A DNA stretch of 64,000 nt from an uncultured Methanosarcinaceae archaeon (GCA_963733675.1 CAVTET010000003.1:416001-480000); one strand, 5' to 3'. Counted from the first letter of the stretch, positions 22,641-35,041 are shown. Numbers and translations are program-made. The notes: generated by a model from the letters alone, not told the origin.

Positions 22641-22959
22641 AGGGCTATGGTGATTTCAAACATTTAGTGAATGAGGTCCAAGAACATATTTAAATAAGTA
22701 AAGTATTTTGCCTTTTCGCAAATACTTCATTATCTTCTGCTTTATAAATTCTATATGAATCTTTTCTTTATATAAGTCAATTTTTGAGTAAGTATTTAAT
22801 CGTTCGATAGTTCCATCGATGGATATTCCTATGTACTCTTACTCTTCAGTAGGAAATTTCTGACCAACTATAATATTATCATCCCAAATAATCCTACTCG
22901 GGCAAATACTATTTCAATAATATTGACCGATTTTATGAAAATTAACCATCTTTACAGGA

Positions 22960-23573
22960 AGATCAATTGATGTAGGAGTTAAAAATCTGGATTTTTGATA
23001 CTGTTGTACAATTTCATGGCCATGTCTGCCAGGACTTTCAATTGTCTATAGGGCAGCATTACTAGCTACCGATCACTTTAGAGACTGGAGGAGCACAGAG
23101 GAAGAATCAGTTGCAATTGTGGAAAATAAATCCTGTGTTATTGATGCTATTCAGGTCATAAATGGCTATACTTGCGGGAATGAAAGTCTTGTTTTTAAAG
23201 ATTATGGGAAGCATGTTTGCACATATTTCAAAAGAGGCGATAAAAAGGGCATCAGGATTTATTTGAAACCAACTGTCCTTTAACAGGACTAAAAGCGTGT
23301 TACACTCTTTGCAAAAATAAGGATTGACACTGCAAGCCCAGAGGAGATTAAGGATTTTCGAGCCTTACACGAAGCAAAAAGCCAGAGGGTCCTAGAAATG
23401 CTAGAGGAAAAACTTTTCTGGGTATGGGAAGTGGCAATAAAGCTTTCAGAAAAAGTCATAATTTACTCTAATCTGATCTGTAGCAAATGTGGAGAAGGTT
23501 TTATGGAACCTCTGGGAAGAGTTAGAAATGGAAAAGTAGTATGTATCCCGTGCTTTGAGGCAAAAGATAAGTG
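22960..23573 (+). pseudogene. FmdE-family protein with C-terminal TraR/DksA Zn finger, frameshifted
   Basis: FHGHVC, VAIVENKSCVIDAIQV..G.TCG...L.FKDYGK, CSKCGEGFMEPLGRVRNGKVVCIPCF; several frameshifts and stops. Confidence 0.8.
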
Positions 23574-24143
23574 AATACCTGAAAATAATTCCTTATACAA
23601 TAGAAACGATATCTACAGACGTTGTAGAAAATTATTACTCTGAATCTGTCTACGATGAAGAAATCTATCAGAAAGTTTAAAAACTCTTCCCGAAAATTGT
23701 TGGAAATTATTTTATTCTTATTCAGTTAAAATACAAAATATCTAAAAAAAGGTCTATATTGTGTTATTTTTGTACTAAGAAACTTACATTAAAGTCGGAA
23801 AATCGCTACACTTAGCTTTCGAAGCTGTGCATAAAAATCGTTAAACTCTGAAGAATGAGAATTACTTAAAAAAGCTGTTTCAGATCTCATATATAATGGT
23901 TACTCTAAGCAATAAACTGAATGCAAAAAACATTTAATGCCTGTTACTAAATAACCTAGACAATACATAATTATTTTGAAATAATTTCCATGTCAGTTTC
24001 CTAATCTTGTGTCAATATCTCTGAACAATACACTTGTTGCTTTTGTTTTGGGAATAGCTAACCAGCTCAACTTATTTGAAGTAATGGCTTCAATATTATT
24101 ATAAAATATATAATGCTACAGAGAATACTCAAAAAGGAGTTTA

Positions 24144-24638
24144 ATGAAAGATCGTAAGGAGAACATTTTTATGTCAATAATAAATACCGCACAAGGAGTA
24201 GGAGGTATCCTGAACAATTTCAGGAGCCTTGCAAACGGAGCAGAAAAAATAACTTTTGTGGGAACTCCAGGTTTCTGCACTCCCTTTGCTGAACTTCTAA
24301 GTTTTGTAGTTCGGGACAGAAAACTTGCTTTTATCCCAGGTCTAATTTTTGAGCAAGCCAGATTGATTCATATGACTCTTGAGGGTATGCAGCTTGGCGA
24401 GCTCACAGATGCACATGCTGATGTGATAGTCTTGCTCGGAGGGCTTGCAATGCCGAAGACGGAGATTAATCCTGAAAAAGCAAACGAAATTGTCAAAAAG
24501 GTCCTCGAAAATTCGAAAAAAGGAAAAATTATTGGATTATGTTTTCAGTCCATATTCATGCAACAGAAATGGGATAAAATAATCAACTTTGATTATATCA
24601 TCAACGCTGATTTGGCTGTTGAAGTGCTAGAGATCTAA
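24144..24638 (+). CDS. DUF2124 family methanogen protein
   Basis: ITFVGTPGFCTPFAELL, VLLGGLAMPK, GLCFQSIF, FDYIINAD. Confidence 0.85.
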   Translation: MKDRKENIFMSIINTAQGVGGILNNFRSLANGAEKITFVGTPGFCTPFAELLSFVVRDRKLAFIPGLIFEQARLIHMTLEGMQLGELTDAHADVIVLLGGLAMPKTEINPEKANEIVKKVLENSKKGKIIGLCFQSIFMQQKWDKIINFDYIINADLAVEVLEI

Positions 24639-24899
24639 AATCCTATATGATTTTTCCTCCCGACCGAAAAAATAACGCGAATAAAAATAATTTGTTTATA
24701 TTCAAAATCCACTTGATCCTCAATGTCCAAGTTATAGTTTTGATCCCATATCCTTGGCACAAAACAGAAAGCATTTTCCTGATAGATAAACAGCCACTGA
24801 AACATCTTCATAAAAAGGAAATTCAGAGAGGTCGATTTCCAAGAATAAATAAAGTCATCATCAACTACATTTAAAAACGAAATAAGTTTATACAGCATA

Positions 24900-25517
24900 C
24901 AGAATGAAGAGAACTTTCAAACGGTGCTAAAAGTGCATATAAAGACGGAACCTATGTAAAAAAATTATGAAGTCCTACTTTGGATATAAACTTCATAGCA
25001 TAATAGACAAGGATTATGAACCTATCAGAAGATTCAAAACAACAATGTATAACTTCATGATTCGTATGTAAATTTACTAGAAAAAAATGAAGTTGTTTAG
25101 AGACAGAGGATTCTTTTGATCAGAATAAAAAGTTCATGATGCAGCAATGAAATAAGCAGTAAAAGAATATTATGTGGGAATGGGCGATAAATTAAGAAGC
25201 AAGATATAATCTCAAAAAAGCTAAAATGAGACGGTTTATGCAGTAACTAAATAGAAATTCAAATACTGGGAATTTCTTGTCATTAATGTTAAAAAAGTGA
25301 ATCTGAAGATGTTGTGTAAAGCTTTTTGTTATAATCTTTACCAGTCGATAATAGATAAATAATAAAATGAATAGTTTAAGGAGATATGAAGCCCGCTTTA
25401 AAATCAAAGGATAATGAACAGGGAAAGTAAAAATTAGATTAAATACGAATTTAGGTAGAAAGATCTGGACCGGATTCACTCAAATAAAAAAAATTGGAAA
25501 TAAATCGGAATCCTTTA
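24900..25517 (+). mobile_element. Decayed IS5-family transposase (C-terminal half) with its right end
   Basis: DGT....KSYFGYKLHSIIDKDYE.IRRFKT...HDS; ...NLKML..AFCYNLYQ; homologous to 61615-62255; ends AATCGGAATCCTTTA. Confidence 0.75.
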
Positions 25518-25831
25518 TAGTTATATCATTTATAGGCGTAATAATTTTAATAATATTAATATATAGTTTGGATATCTCACCAGATCACAAGGTAAAACAT
25601 GATTGTGGATATCAATTTAGCAATCAAAATTAAAAAATTATCTAGTAACGATGAAAATTTCATTTTTAGTTAACACCTTCGAACACATAGAATTAGAACA
25701 ATACTATTTTTCAATGAAAAAAGGAAGAACCAGTCAGATTCTTACGAGTTGCGTAGCAAAAGGAGGGGGATTCGCATATTCTTTTTTGAATATTTTCATT
25801 TTACTCTTATCGAAATAGGGCGTTACAAATT

Positions 25832-26209
25832 AGAAAATGTTATATATATTTGATACGTTTAGACTTTGTTTATTGTTCATTATCCATCGATAGCGACCTC
25901 TGTTCACGATTAAGGTTTCAATCGTTGGCAAAGCAGTTATTTGAGCTAAGGGAGTAAAAACGATTTTGAAGAGTAAAAGGCCCTTAAAAAATTTTTAAGA
26001 GGAAATACAACCTTAAAAAGGTCCCTATTTGAAAAACGTTGATATGGCATAGAGTATTCATAAAAAAGTGTAAAATCGTCACTGCCTCAAAAAACTTATT
26101 TGACGATATGATTTGGAGCAAACGCAAGAAAAATTGGACTAATTAATACCCAAAATTGTAATCGTCTTGGTGAAAATCACTTAAAATAAATTTAGGAGGA
26201 AAAGCTCAT
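25832..26209 (+). promoter_or_regulatory. Candidate BRE/TATA promoter and long 5' leader of the cdh operon
   Basis: GAAAATGTTATATATA at about 25833-25848, ~360 nt before cdhA. A long regulatory leader is established for the Methanosarcina thermophila cdh operon. Confidence 0.5.
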
Positions 26210-28636
26210 ATGAGCAAGCTAACTACCGGGAGTTTTTCTATAGAAGATCTGGAGTCTGTTCAGATCACTATCAATAATATTGTAGGAGCAGCAAAAGCGG
26301 CTGCTGAGACGGCTGTTGAGAAAACAGGTCCTACAGGTCCCATGGGTCCGACTCCATTCCCGTCAATTGCAACATTAAGGGACTGGAATTTTACTTTATT
26401 CGATCGCTATGAGCCTGTCTACACTCCAATGTGTGACCAATGTTGTTACTGTACCTTCGGACCGTGTAACCTGGAAGGCAACAAGAGAGGTGCTTGTGGT
26501 ATTGACATGAAGGGTCAGACTGCAAGAGAGTTCTTCCTACGTTGTATAACGGGTTGTGCATGTCACAGTGCCCATGGACGCCATATTCTCAATCACCTGA
26601 TCGAAGTTTTTGGAGAGGACATGCCGATTAATATGGGTGCATCAAATGTAATTGCTCCCAATATTCAGCTTGTCACAGGTATGCAGCCTAAGACTCTTGG
26701 CGACCTCAAACCCATACTGGAATATGTAGAAGAAGAGCTAGGCCAGCTGCTTGCAACCATACACGCAGGACAAGAAGGAGCTGCAATCGATTATGACAAC
26801 AAGGCAATGTTTGCTGGGATGCTTGATCATGTTGGTATGGAAGTTTCCGATATCGCTCAGGTTACTGCACTTGGCTTCCCAAAGTCTGATCCGGATGCCC
26901 CTCTAGTGGAAGTCGGTATGGGGACCCTCGATCAAACGAAACCAGTTATAATTGCCATCGGACATAATGTTGCTGGTGTCACCTATATCATGGACTACAT
27001 GGAAGACAATAAACTGACTGACAAGTTGGAAATCGGAGGTCTTTGTTGTACCGCATTCGATATGACCAGGTATAAAAGAGAAGACAGGCAAGCTCCATAT
27101 GCAAAGATCGTCGGTACCATTTCTAAGGAGTTAAAGGTAGTACGCTCCGGAATTCCTGACGTAATCGTTCTTGATGAACAGTGCGTAAGAGCTGATCTTG
27201 TTGAGGAGGGCCAGAAACTTAAGATCCCTGTCATCGCATCCAATGAAAAGATTATGTATGGTCTTCCAGACAGGACCAATGATGACGTCGATGCAATCGT
27301 CAAAGACCTTGTATCTGGCAAGATCCCAGGCTGTGTGATGCTGGACTACGAGAAACTCGGAGAACTTGTGCCCAAAGTTGCTCTTGCAATGGCCCCTATC
27401 CGCGATGCAGAAGGACTCACAGCTATACCTACCGACGAAGAAATGAAAGAGCTAGTTTCCAAGTGTGTAGAATGCGGAGAATGTACACTTGCATGCCCAG
27501 AAGAGCAAGCAATCCCCGAAGCAATTGCATTAGCTAAAGAAGGAGATTACTCTGCTCTCGAAGAGATACATGACGCTTGTATAGGCTGCCGCAGGTGTGA
27601 ACAGGTCTGCAACAAGGAGTTACCTATCCTTAGCATGATCGAGAAGGCTTCTTTGAAAGCAATCTCAGAAGAGAAGGGATTGGTAAGAGCCGGAAGAGGT
27701 CAGGTAAGTGATGCCGAAATCAGGGCCGAAGGTCTGAATCTGGTTATGGGTACTACTCCTGGTGTCATTGCAATTATTGGATGTTCAAATTACCCTGCAG
27801 GCACCAAAGATGTGTATAATATCGCAGAGGAATTCCTCAATAGGAATTACTTGCTTGCGGTTTCCGGATGTTCCGCAATGGACATTGGTATGTTCAAAGA
27901 TGCCGATGGCAAGACTCTTTACGAGAGATTTCCAGGAAGATTTGAAAAAGGTAATATCCTTAATACTGGATCATGTGTCTCAAATGCACACATTTCGGGT
28001 ACAGCCCATAAGGTCGCTGCAATCTTTGCAGGGAGAAACCTCTCTGGCAATCTTGCCGAGATCGCCGATTACACACTCAATCGTGTCGGTGCAGTAGGAC
28101 TTGCATGGGGTGCATACTCACAAAAGGCAGCTGCCATCGGTACCGGATGTAACATATATGGTATTCCTGCAGTGCTCGGTCCCCACAGTGGTAAGTATAG
28201 AAGGGCTCTGATAGCGAAGACCTACGACGACAGTAAATGGAAGGTTTACGACAGCAGAAACGGTTCTGAAATGGCCATTCCACCATCTCCGGAGTTCCTC
28301 ATCACCACTGCTGAGACCTGGCAGGAAGCCTGTGTAATGATGGCAAAGAATTGCATTCGCCCTTCCGATAACAGTATGGGCAGATCCATTAAGTTAACCC
28401 ACTGGATAGAACTTAGCGAGAAGTACCTTGGTATCATACCCGAAGATTGGTGGAAATTTGTCAGGAATGAAGCTGATCTCCCACTCGCCAAGCGTGAAAT
28501 GCTCCTGAAGAAGCTTGAATCCGAGCAAGGATGGGAAATCGACTGGAAGAAGAAGAAGATCATTTCCGGCCCGAAGATTAAGTTCGATGTCTCTGCACAG
28601 CCGACTAACCTTAAGAGACTTTGCAAGGAGGCCTGA
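26210..28636 (+). CDS. cdhA: ACDS complex alpha subunit (CO dehydrogenase)
   Basis: [32 protein letters not shown], two 4Fe-4S motifs, GSCVSNAH. Confidence 0.98.
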   Translation: MSKLTTGSFSIEDLESVQITINNIVGAAKAAAETAVEKTGPTGPMGPTPFPSIATLRDWNFTLFDRYEPVYTPMCDQCCYCTFGPCNLEGNKRGACGIDMKGQTAREFFLRCITGCACHSAHGRHILNHLIEVFGEDMPINMGASNVIAPNIQLVTGMQPKTLGDLKPILEYVEEELGQLLATIHAGQEGAAIDYDNKAMFAGMLDHVGMEVSDIAQVTALGFPKSDPDAPLVEVGMGTLDQTKPVIIAIGHNVAGVTYIMDYMEDNKLTDKLEIGGLCCTAFDMTRYKREDRQAPYAKIVGTISKELKVVRSGIPDVIVLDEQCVRADLVEEGQKLKIPVIASNEKIMYGLPDRTNDDVDAIVKDLVSGKIPGCVMLDYEKLGELVPKVALAMAPIRDAEGLTAIPTDEEMKELVSKCVECGECTLACPEEQAIPEAIALAKEGDYSALEEIHDACIGCRRCEQVCNKELPILSMIEKASLKAISEEKGLVRAGRGQVSDAEIRAEGLNLVMGTTPGVIAIIGCSNYPAGTKDVYNIAEEFLNRNYLLAVSGCSAMDIGMFKDADGKTLYERFPGRFEKGNILNTGSCVSNAHISGTAHKVAAIFAGRNLSGNLAEIADYTLNRVGAVGLAWGAYSQKAAAIGTGCNIYGIPAVLGPHSGKYRRALIAKTYDDSKWKVYDSRNGSEMAIPPSPEFLITTAETWQEACVMMAKNCIRPSDNSMGRSIKLTHWIELSEKYLGIIPEDWWKFVRNEADLPLAKREMLLKKLESEQGWEIDWKKKKIISGPKIKFDVSAQPTNLKRLCKEA

Positions 28637-28638
28637 AG

Positions 28639-29151
28639 ATGGTTGATACCACCAAAAACACTAAACTGTTCACCACCTACGGTGTAAAGACTTCAAAAGC
28701 TATTACTACGGAAGTTGCTGCTAAGCTCATTTCAAAGGCTAAGAAGCCACTTTTAGTAGTTGGAACTGGAGTTCTCGATCCTGAAATTCTGGATCGTGCA
28801 GTGAAGATTGCAAAGGCAAAAAACATCCCAATTGCAGCAACGGGTACTTCAATGCCTGGTTTTGTCAAGAAAGATGTTAAAGCCAAATACATTAACTTGC
28901 ATCAGCTTGGCTTCTATCTAACAGATCCTAACTGGCCTGGACTTGAAGGCAGTGGTAGCTATGACACAATCATTCTACTGGGCCATAAGAAATATTATAT
29001 CAACCAGGTGTTATCTGCAACTAAAAATTTCAGTGATGTAAAAGCAATTTCAATAGACAAACATTACATCCAGAACGCAACAATGTCTTTCGGAAATCTT
29101 AGCAGGGAAGATCACATTGCTGCATTGGACGAAATAATTGACCTTTTATAA
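28639..29151 (+). CDS. cdhB: ACDS complex epsilon subunit
   Basis: [28 protein letters not shown]; operon position. Confidence 0.95.
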   Translation: MVDTTKNTKLFTTYGVKTSKAITTEVAAKLISKAKKPLLVVGTGVLDPEILDRAVKIAKAKNIPIAATGTSMPGFVKKDVKAKYINLHQLGFYLTDPNWPGLEGSGSYDTIILLGHKKYYINQVLSATKNFSDVKAISIDKHYIQNATMSFGNLSREDHIAALDEIIDLL

Positions 29152-29176
29152 ATTTGATTAAGGAGGCGAAAACACA

Positions 29177-30601
29177 ATGGAAGAATTCCCATTTGAGATT
29201 TCCCCAATGTTTGAAGGAGAAAGAATAAGAAAGGAAGGAATGTTCGTTGAATTAGGCGGCCCGAAATCCCTCGGGCTCGAACTTGTCCGAGCAAAACCCA
29301 TGGATGAGATTGAAGATGGTAAGGTTCAGATTATCGGTCCCGACCTTAAAGATATGGAAGAGGGCAAGACTTATCCTTGGGCAATGATCTTCAACATCGG
29401 CGGAGAACTTGTAGAAACTGATCTTGAGTCTGTTGTCGAAAGGCGTGTCCACGATTTCATTAACTACTGCCAGGGCATAATGCATTTGAACCAGAGGTAT
29501 GACGTCTGGATGAGAGTTTCCAAAGACACTGCTAAAAAGATGGACTCTTTTGAACCTTTCGGTAGAGCTGTTATGATGCTCTTCAAGACAGAACTGCCCT
29601 TTATCGAGAAAATGCAGGTTACTTTTTACACCAGCGAAGAAGACGTTAAGAAGCAGATGGAAACTGCAAAGGAAATTTTCAAGGCAAGAGACGCTAGGAC
29701 AAAAGACCTCCACGACGAAGATGTGGAAGTTTTCTATGGATGCACTCTCTGTCAGTCCTTTGCTCCGACAAACGTTTGTGTTGTGTCTCCAGACAGGGTT
29801 TCTCTATGTGGTGCTATCAACTGGTTTGATGGCCGTGCAGCAGCAAAGGTTGATCCAGAAGGCCCACAATTTGAAATAGCCAAGGGTGACCTTCTCGACG
29901 CCAATACTGGTGAATACACTGGTGTAAATGAAATCGCTAAGAAACTTTCAAGTAATGAATTTGACAAGATTAAACTTCACTCCTTCTTCGAATCACCGCA
30001 CACTTCTTGTGGCTGCTTCGAAGTAGTCGGATTTTTCATTCCTGAAGTTGATGGAATTGGCTGGGTTAACAGAGAGTATCAGGGAATGGCTCCTAATGGT
30101 ATTGGTTTCTCCACTATGGCCGGTCAGACAGGCGGTGGGAAGCAGATTGTAGGTTTCCTTGGTATCGGTGTCAACTATTTCTACTCACCGAAGTTTATCC
30201 AGGCTGATGGCGGCTGGAACAGAGTTGTCTGGCTTCCTTCGATGCTCAAGGAAAAGATAGCAGAAACCATCCCTGCAGAGATCATAGATAAGATCGCAAC
30301 CGAAAAAGATGCAGAGGACATTCAGTCTCTGAAAGCCTTCCTCCAGGCGAAGAATCACCCGATAGTTGCTACCTGGGTAGCTGCTGAAGAAGAAGAGGAA
30401 GAAGAAGAGGAAGAAGAAGAGGAAGTAGCTGTCACAGCAGCTCCAGGGATGATGCCGTCTGCTGGCTACCAGATGCCTGCAATGGCTTCAATGCCAATGG
30501 CAATGCCAATGATGTCTGCTGGCAAAACTGGTGGAATAAAGATCACCTTCAAGAAGGCAAAGATATCCATTGAAAGAATGGTCATCAGCGAGAAGAAGTA
30601 A
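29177..30601 (+). CDS. cdhC: ACDS complex beta subunit (acetyl-CoA synthase)
   Basis: FYGCTLCQSFAP, PHTSCGCFE, poly-Glu linker. Confidence 0.98.
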   Translation: MEEFPFEISPMFEGERIRKEGMFVELGGPKSLGLELVRAKPMDEIEDGKVQIIGPDLKDMEEGKTYPWAMIFNIGGELVETDLESVVERRVHDFINYCQGIMHLNQRYDVWMRVSKDTAKKMDSFEPFGRAVMMLFKTELPFIEKMQVTFYTSEEDVKKQMETAKEIFKARDARTKDLHDEDVEVFYGCTLCQSFAPTNVCVVSPDRVSLCGAINWFDGRAAAKVDPEGPQFEIAKGDLLDANTGEYTGVNEIAKKLSSNEFDKIKLHSFFESPHTSCGCFEVVGFFIPEVDGIGWVNREYQGMAPNGIGFSTMAGQTGGGKQIVGFLGIGVNYFYSPKFIQADGGWNRVVWLPSMLKEKIAETIPAEIIDKIATEKDAEDIQSLKAFLQAKNHPIVATWVAAEEEEEEEEEEEEEVAVTAAPGMMPSAGYQMPAMASMPMAMPMMSAGKTGGIKITFKKAKISIERMVISEKK

Positions 30602-30664
30602 TCGAAATAATTGAGTGACGAACGGGTTATCGCCTAAGACAAAAACAATCGGATGAGGTATTGT

Positions 30665-31426
30665 GTGACTAAAACAATTGCAATAACAGGAAAAGGTGGG
30701 ACTGGCAAGACAGCGGTATCAGCTCTTATGATCCGCTCCCTTTCCAAAAAAGGGAAGTCTATACTGGCAGTTGATGCAGATGCAGACACTAACCTGCCCG
30801 AGACTCTTGGCTGCGAGACAGTAAAAACAGTAGGGGATGCAAAAGAAGCTCTCCAGGCTGAAATTACAAAACCGAGGCCTGATAATCCTGATATGAATAA
30901 GGAATCCATACTCAAGAGCAAAGTCTATGAGATTATCGAGGAAATGCCTGGCTACGACCTTCTTGTTATGGGCAGGCCCGAAGGTTCAGGTTGTTACTGT
31001 TTCGTGAATAACCTCTTAAGAGGTATCATGGATAAGCTGGTCATGAATTATGAAGTGGTTATTATTGATGCTGAAGCCGGGCTTGAGCATTTTAGCCGGA
31101 AGATCATTCGAGACATCGATGACCTTATTGTCGTAACTGATGCCTCTAGGAGGGGATTCCAGACTGCTGAAAGAATTCATGAACTTGTAGATGAGCTGGG
31201 TTCAAATATTGGTCGAATTCACGTTATTGCAAACAAAGTTACAGAATCTAATCGGGAAGAACTTGTCAAATTGGCTGGTGACCTGAAACTTAATCTGATA
31301 GGTATGATCCCCCTCGACCATAAAATCGAGGAAATGGATATAAAAGGCGTACCCCTATTTGAAATTCCGGACGATGCGGCTGCTGCAATAGAAGTAGAAA
31401 AAATAGTACAAAAACTGGGACTCTAA
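30665..31426 (+). CDS. cooC: CooC/AcsF-type Ni-insertion ATPase
   Basis: GKGGTGKT, DADAD.NL, GRPEG.GCYC, EAGLEH.SR. Confidence 0.93.
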   Translation: MTKTIAITGKGGTGKTAVSALMIRSLSKKGKSILAVDADADTNLPETLGCETVKTVGDAKEALQAEITKPRPDNPDMNKESILKSKVYEIIEEMPGYDLLVMGRPEGSGCYCFVNNLLRGIMDKLVMNYEVVIIDAEAGLEHFSRKIIRDIDDLIVVTDASRRGFQTAERIHELVDELGSNIGRIHVIANKVTESNREELVKLAGDLKLNLIGMIPLDHKIEEMDIKGVPLFEIPDDAAAAIEVEKIVQKLGL

Positions 31427-31585
31427 CCCTAGTTCAATTACCAACACTGGATATTGTAGAAGCCGTGCCGGAGAGGAGAACAAAGTTCTTGCCCGTTTCA
31501 AGCTTGAACATCCAAATCATTTAAAGGAACGAGCAGGGTTGCTTATGTCCCAATTCCTCTTTCCATAATGGGAAGAATCTAGAGT

Positions 31586-31600
31586 AAAACCTATATAATA
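31586..31600 (+). promoter_or_regulatory. Candidate internal BRE/TATA promoter for cdhD-cdhE
   Basis: AAAACCTATATAATA about 55-70 nt upstream of the cdhD ATG. Confidence 0.4.
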
Positions 31601-31654
31601 TCTTTTATTCAGTCACTCATCAGAACGGAAAACTACGGAAAAGGTGAGGTTTAC

Positions 31655-32986
31655 ATGGCAAAGAAAGTTAAATTATCAGAAGTAACAGACATGTTTAAGG
31701 GCATGGAAATATTATCCCTTGAAGGTGTAAAGATAGAAGGGGACATTGAGATTGATCTCAGTGGATTACTAGGCGGAGGCGGCTTTGACCCGATGCTTGC
31801 TGCTCTCCTCGGACAGGAGAGTGCAATGCTTGCACAGCACTTCGCAAGAATTGCTGGTATGTTCGGCGTTCCTGTAGGCATGGGTGCCCCTGCAGCAGCA
31901 GGAACAGTCGCTCCTGGTATATCCCCGGCACTAGCAGCTCCGAAACTTAAAGACCTTATTTCTGCTAAATTCGATGTCGCAAAAATCGCAGAATGGACAA
32001 CTCAGATCCAAGAAGTCCCATTAGGTAATACATCTGCAGACGGTGGAACCCGTGGAAAGCAAGTAATAGTAGGTGGTGAAAAAGCTCTTCCATTCTACTT
32101 TGACGCTCCAATGCCCAACAGGAATCAGGTTACAATCGATGTTTTCGATATGCGTATCGGGCTTGCAAAAGCTGTCAAGGAAAACTATGATGAAGTCATG
32201 GACAGCCCAGGAGAATGGGCAAAGAAGAACGTTGACAAGTTCAACGCCGATATGATCACTATTCACCTAATTTCAACCGATCCACTCGTAAAGGATACAT
32301 CTGCAAAGGATGCAGCCAAGACCGTCGAAGAAGTTCTACAGGCTGTGGATGTGCCAATTGCGATAGGAGGTTCCGGAAATCCACAGAAGGATCCAGAAGT
32401 TCTTTCAAAAGCAGCAGAGGTTTCTGAAGGCGAGCGTTGTCTCCTTGCATCTGCCAGCTTGAACCTCGACTACGCCAAGATTGCAGAGGCTGCACTAAAA
32501 TATGATCACGATGTACTTTCTTGGACTCAGCTGGATATGAATGCTCAGAAGGAACTGAATAGGAAATTAATGAAGCAGTGCAATGTTCCCAGAGACAGAA
32601 TCATCATGGACCCGACAACTGCAGCCCTTGGTTATGGTCTCGACTACGCCTACACAAATATGGAGCGTATCCGTCTTGCAGCCCTAATGGGTGATGATGA
32701 ACTGACATTCCCGATGTCCTCAGGTACCACCAATGCATGGGGTGCCCGTGAATCATGGATGGTCGGTTCTCCATTGGGACAGGACTCTGACTGGGGTCCA
32801 AGAGAATACAGAGGTCCGATTTGGGAAATCGTCACAGGTTTGTCCCTCGCAATTGCAGGGAATGATCTTTTCATGATGATGCATCCTACATCCGTAGCTG
32901 TTTTGAAGCAGATAACTCAGACTCTGTTCGGTACAGTCGAAGCAGAGCCTGTTAACATTGCCAGCTGGATCGAAGCGGAGGTGTAA
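31655..32986 (+). CDS. cdhD: ACDS complex delta subunit (corrinoid FeS protein, small)
   Basis: [39 protein letters not shown]. Confidence 0.97.
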   Translation: MAKKVKLSEVTDMFKGMEILSLEGVKIEGDIEIDLSGLLGGGGFDPMLAALLGQESAMLAQHFARIAGMFGVPVGMGAPAAAGTVAPGISPALAAPKLKDLISAKFDVAKIAEWTTQIQEVPLGNTSADGGTRGKQVIVGGEKALPFYFDAPMPNRNQVTIDVFDMRIGLAKAVKENYDEVMDSPGEWAKKNVDKFNADMITIHLISTDPLVKDTSAKDAAKTVEEVLQAVDVPIAIGGSGNPQKDPEVLSKAAEVSEGERCLLASASLNLDYAKIAEAALKYDHDVLSWTQLDMNAQKELNRKLMKQCNVPRDRIIMDPTTAALGYGLDYAYTNMERIRLAALMGDDELTFPMSSGTTNAWGARESWMVGSPLGQDSDWGPREYRGPIWEIVTGLSLAIAGNDLFMMMHPTSVAVLKQITQTLFGTVEAEPVNIASWIEAEV

Positions 32987-32989
32987 AAC

Positions 32990-34396
32990 ATGAAAATAAA
33001 TAGTCCATTAGAAGCTTACAAGTACCTCCCACAAACCAACTGTACGGAGTGTGGTGAGCCTACATGTATGGCATTCGCTTCCAAGCTGATCGACAGATCC
33101 GCCAAGCCAACAGATTGCCCCCCTCTAACCAAAGAGAAAAAGTATGCAAAGAAGCTTGCAGAACTTGACAGGCTCCTTGCTCCTGAAATTCGGGAAGTTG
33201 TCCTTGGAGTAGGTGAAAGAGCCGCTAAGATCGGTGGAGACGATGTCCTTTACCGTCACAAACTCACCTTCTTCAATAAGACAAAGATGTTCTTCGATGT
33301 AGCAGATACTATGGGAGAAGCTGAACTTGTCGAAAGAGTAAAGAAAATCGCGGACTTCAAAAAGTTCTATGTGGGACGTAACCTTCTTGTTGATGGTGTG
33401 GCAATTAGGGCCGCTTCCAACGACCCGACAAAGTTTGCTGCTGCTGTCAAGAAGGTAGCAGAAATAGGTTTGCCTATGATCTTCTGTTCTTTCAACCCTG
33501 CGGTCCTGAAAGCGGGACTTGAGGCTGCAAAGGACAAAAACCCACTGCTATACGCTGCAAACAAAGATAACTGGAAAGAAGTTGGAGAACTTGTCCTTGA
33601 GTACAAGGTTCCTGTTGTGGTCTCAGCCTTTAATGATCTCGATGCTCTTAAGACCCTTGCAAAGACCTTTGCAGAAGCAGGCATCAAGGACATTGTGCTT
33701 GATCCGGGAACCTATCCGAGCGGTAAAGGCCTAAAAGACTCTTTCACCAACTTCGTGAAAATCCGAAGAGCAGGTATTATGGGAGACACCGATATCGCAT
33801 ATCCGATCATGGCTCTTCCATTTACAGCTTGGATGGTAGGAATTGCAGATCCTGTCAGCGCCTCTTACTGGGAAACCGTGATGGCTTCAGTTTTTACCAT
33901 AAGGTATGGTGACCTAATGATCCTTCACAGCATGGAGCCATATGCCGTACTACCAGAAGTGCATCTCGCCGAGACTATCTACACCGACCCAAGGACACCT
34001 GTCTCCGTGGAAGGAGGTATGTATAAGGTTGGAGAACCTGATAAAGACTCTCCAGTGTTCTTTACCACTAACTTCGCTCTTACATATTACACTGTAGAAA
34101 GCGATATCTCAGCAAATGGCATAGTATGCTGGTTGCTTGCAGTTGACACCGATGGTATTGGTGTAGAAGCTGCTGCTGCCGGTGGTCAGTTGACTGCTGC
34201 CAAGGTAAAGGATGCCTTTGATAAGGCTGGCTTCGACCTCAAGAAAGACGTGAATCATAACACTCTTATCATTCCAGGTCTTGCAGCTCGTATTCAGGGT
34301 GACCTCGAAGATGCACTTGATGCAAAAGTCAAGGTTGGTCCAATGGACTCTGGCCGTATCCCCGGATGGATGGAGAAGAACTGGCCGCCCAAATAA
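32990..34396 (+). CDS. cdhE: ACDS complex gamma subunit (corrinoid FeS protein, large)
   Basis: LPQTNCTECGEPTCMAFA, IYTDPR.P, TTNFALTYY.V. Confidence 0.97.
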   Translation: MKINSPLEAYKYLPQTNCTECGEPTCMAFASKLIDRSAKPTDCPPLTKEKKYAKKLAELDRLLAPEIREVVLGVGERAAKIGGDDVLYRHKLTFFNKTKMFFDVADTMGEAELVERVKKIADFKKFYVGRNLLVDGVAIRAASNDPTKFAAAVKKVAEIGLPMIFCSFNPAVLKAGLEAAKDKNPLLYAANKDNWKEVGELVLEYKVPVVVSAFNDLDALKTLAKTFAEAGIKDIVLDPGTYPSGKGLKDSFTNFVKIRRAGIMGDTDIAYPIMALPFTAWMVGIADPVSASYWETVMASVFTIRYGDLMILHSMEPYAVLPEVHLAETIYTDPRTPVSVEGGMYKVGEPDKDSPVFFTTNFALTYYTVESDISANGIVCWLLAVDTDGIGVEAAAAGGQLTAAKVKDAFDKAGFDLKKDVNHNTLIIPGLAARIQGDLEDALDAKVKVGPMDSGRIPGWMEKNWPPK

Positions 34397-34447
34397 GTCA
34401 GGATGTACTTTTAAATCTGAAAATATCTGTGTCTTTTTGACACGGAA

Positions 34448-34486
34448 CTTTTTTCTTTTTTAAATGAGATTTTGTTCTTTTCTTTT
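34448..34486 (+). terminator. Oligo-T archaeal terminator after the cdh operon
   Basis: CTTTTTTCTTTTTT and further T tracts about 50 nt after the cdhE stop. Confidence 0.5.
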
Positions 34487-35041
34487 AGTCAATTTGTAGT
34501 TTTTCAGAAAACTCCATTCCTTTGAATCTTTTGGCTCCAATCTCAGTAATAGATTTAGTAGACGTTGTTTTTGCATAAGTAATCAATACTCTTCAAAATA
34601 AATATGTTTATCAAAGAAAATATATACGGCTCAAAAGTTTTCCTCTTTTGAATTATTCTCTTTTGATATCTGGTTTCATCTTTTATATTGTGTCTTTGTA
34701 ATAAGATATCATGTATCTGTGGCAATTTACTGTGATCCCTATCAAAAGTAGGACGATGTGGTTATTATATAAATGCTTATATAACATAACTATCTATTTA
34801 TTCCTATTAACTATATATTTCTCAAAATCAATCATAATGGCATCTACTAATCAGTTGATCTTGCATTTCATCGAATGCCAGGAGTTTAGGTGCCCGCAGA
34901 TAAAATCTGTAGATTCAGCTATTTTTAAATATCATAAGTATGCTTAACATGTGAATTGCTCAAGTATCAATAGCAGGAACTTTGCTTCCTAAATATTTCT
35001 TAAATTTACTACTCCAAGAAGATTATTAATAAGGATTACAG

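Noticed and set aside
30385-30520. GAA repeats and Met/Pro-rich repeats in cdhC
   Set aside because: Known acidic flexible linker of Methanosarcina ACDS beta subunits.
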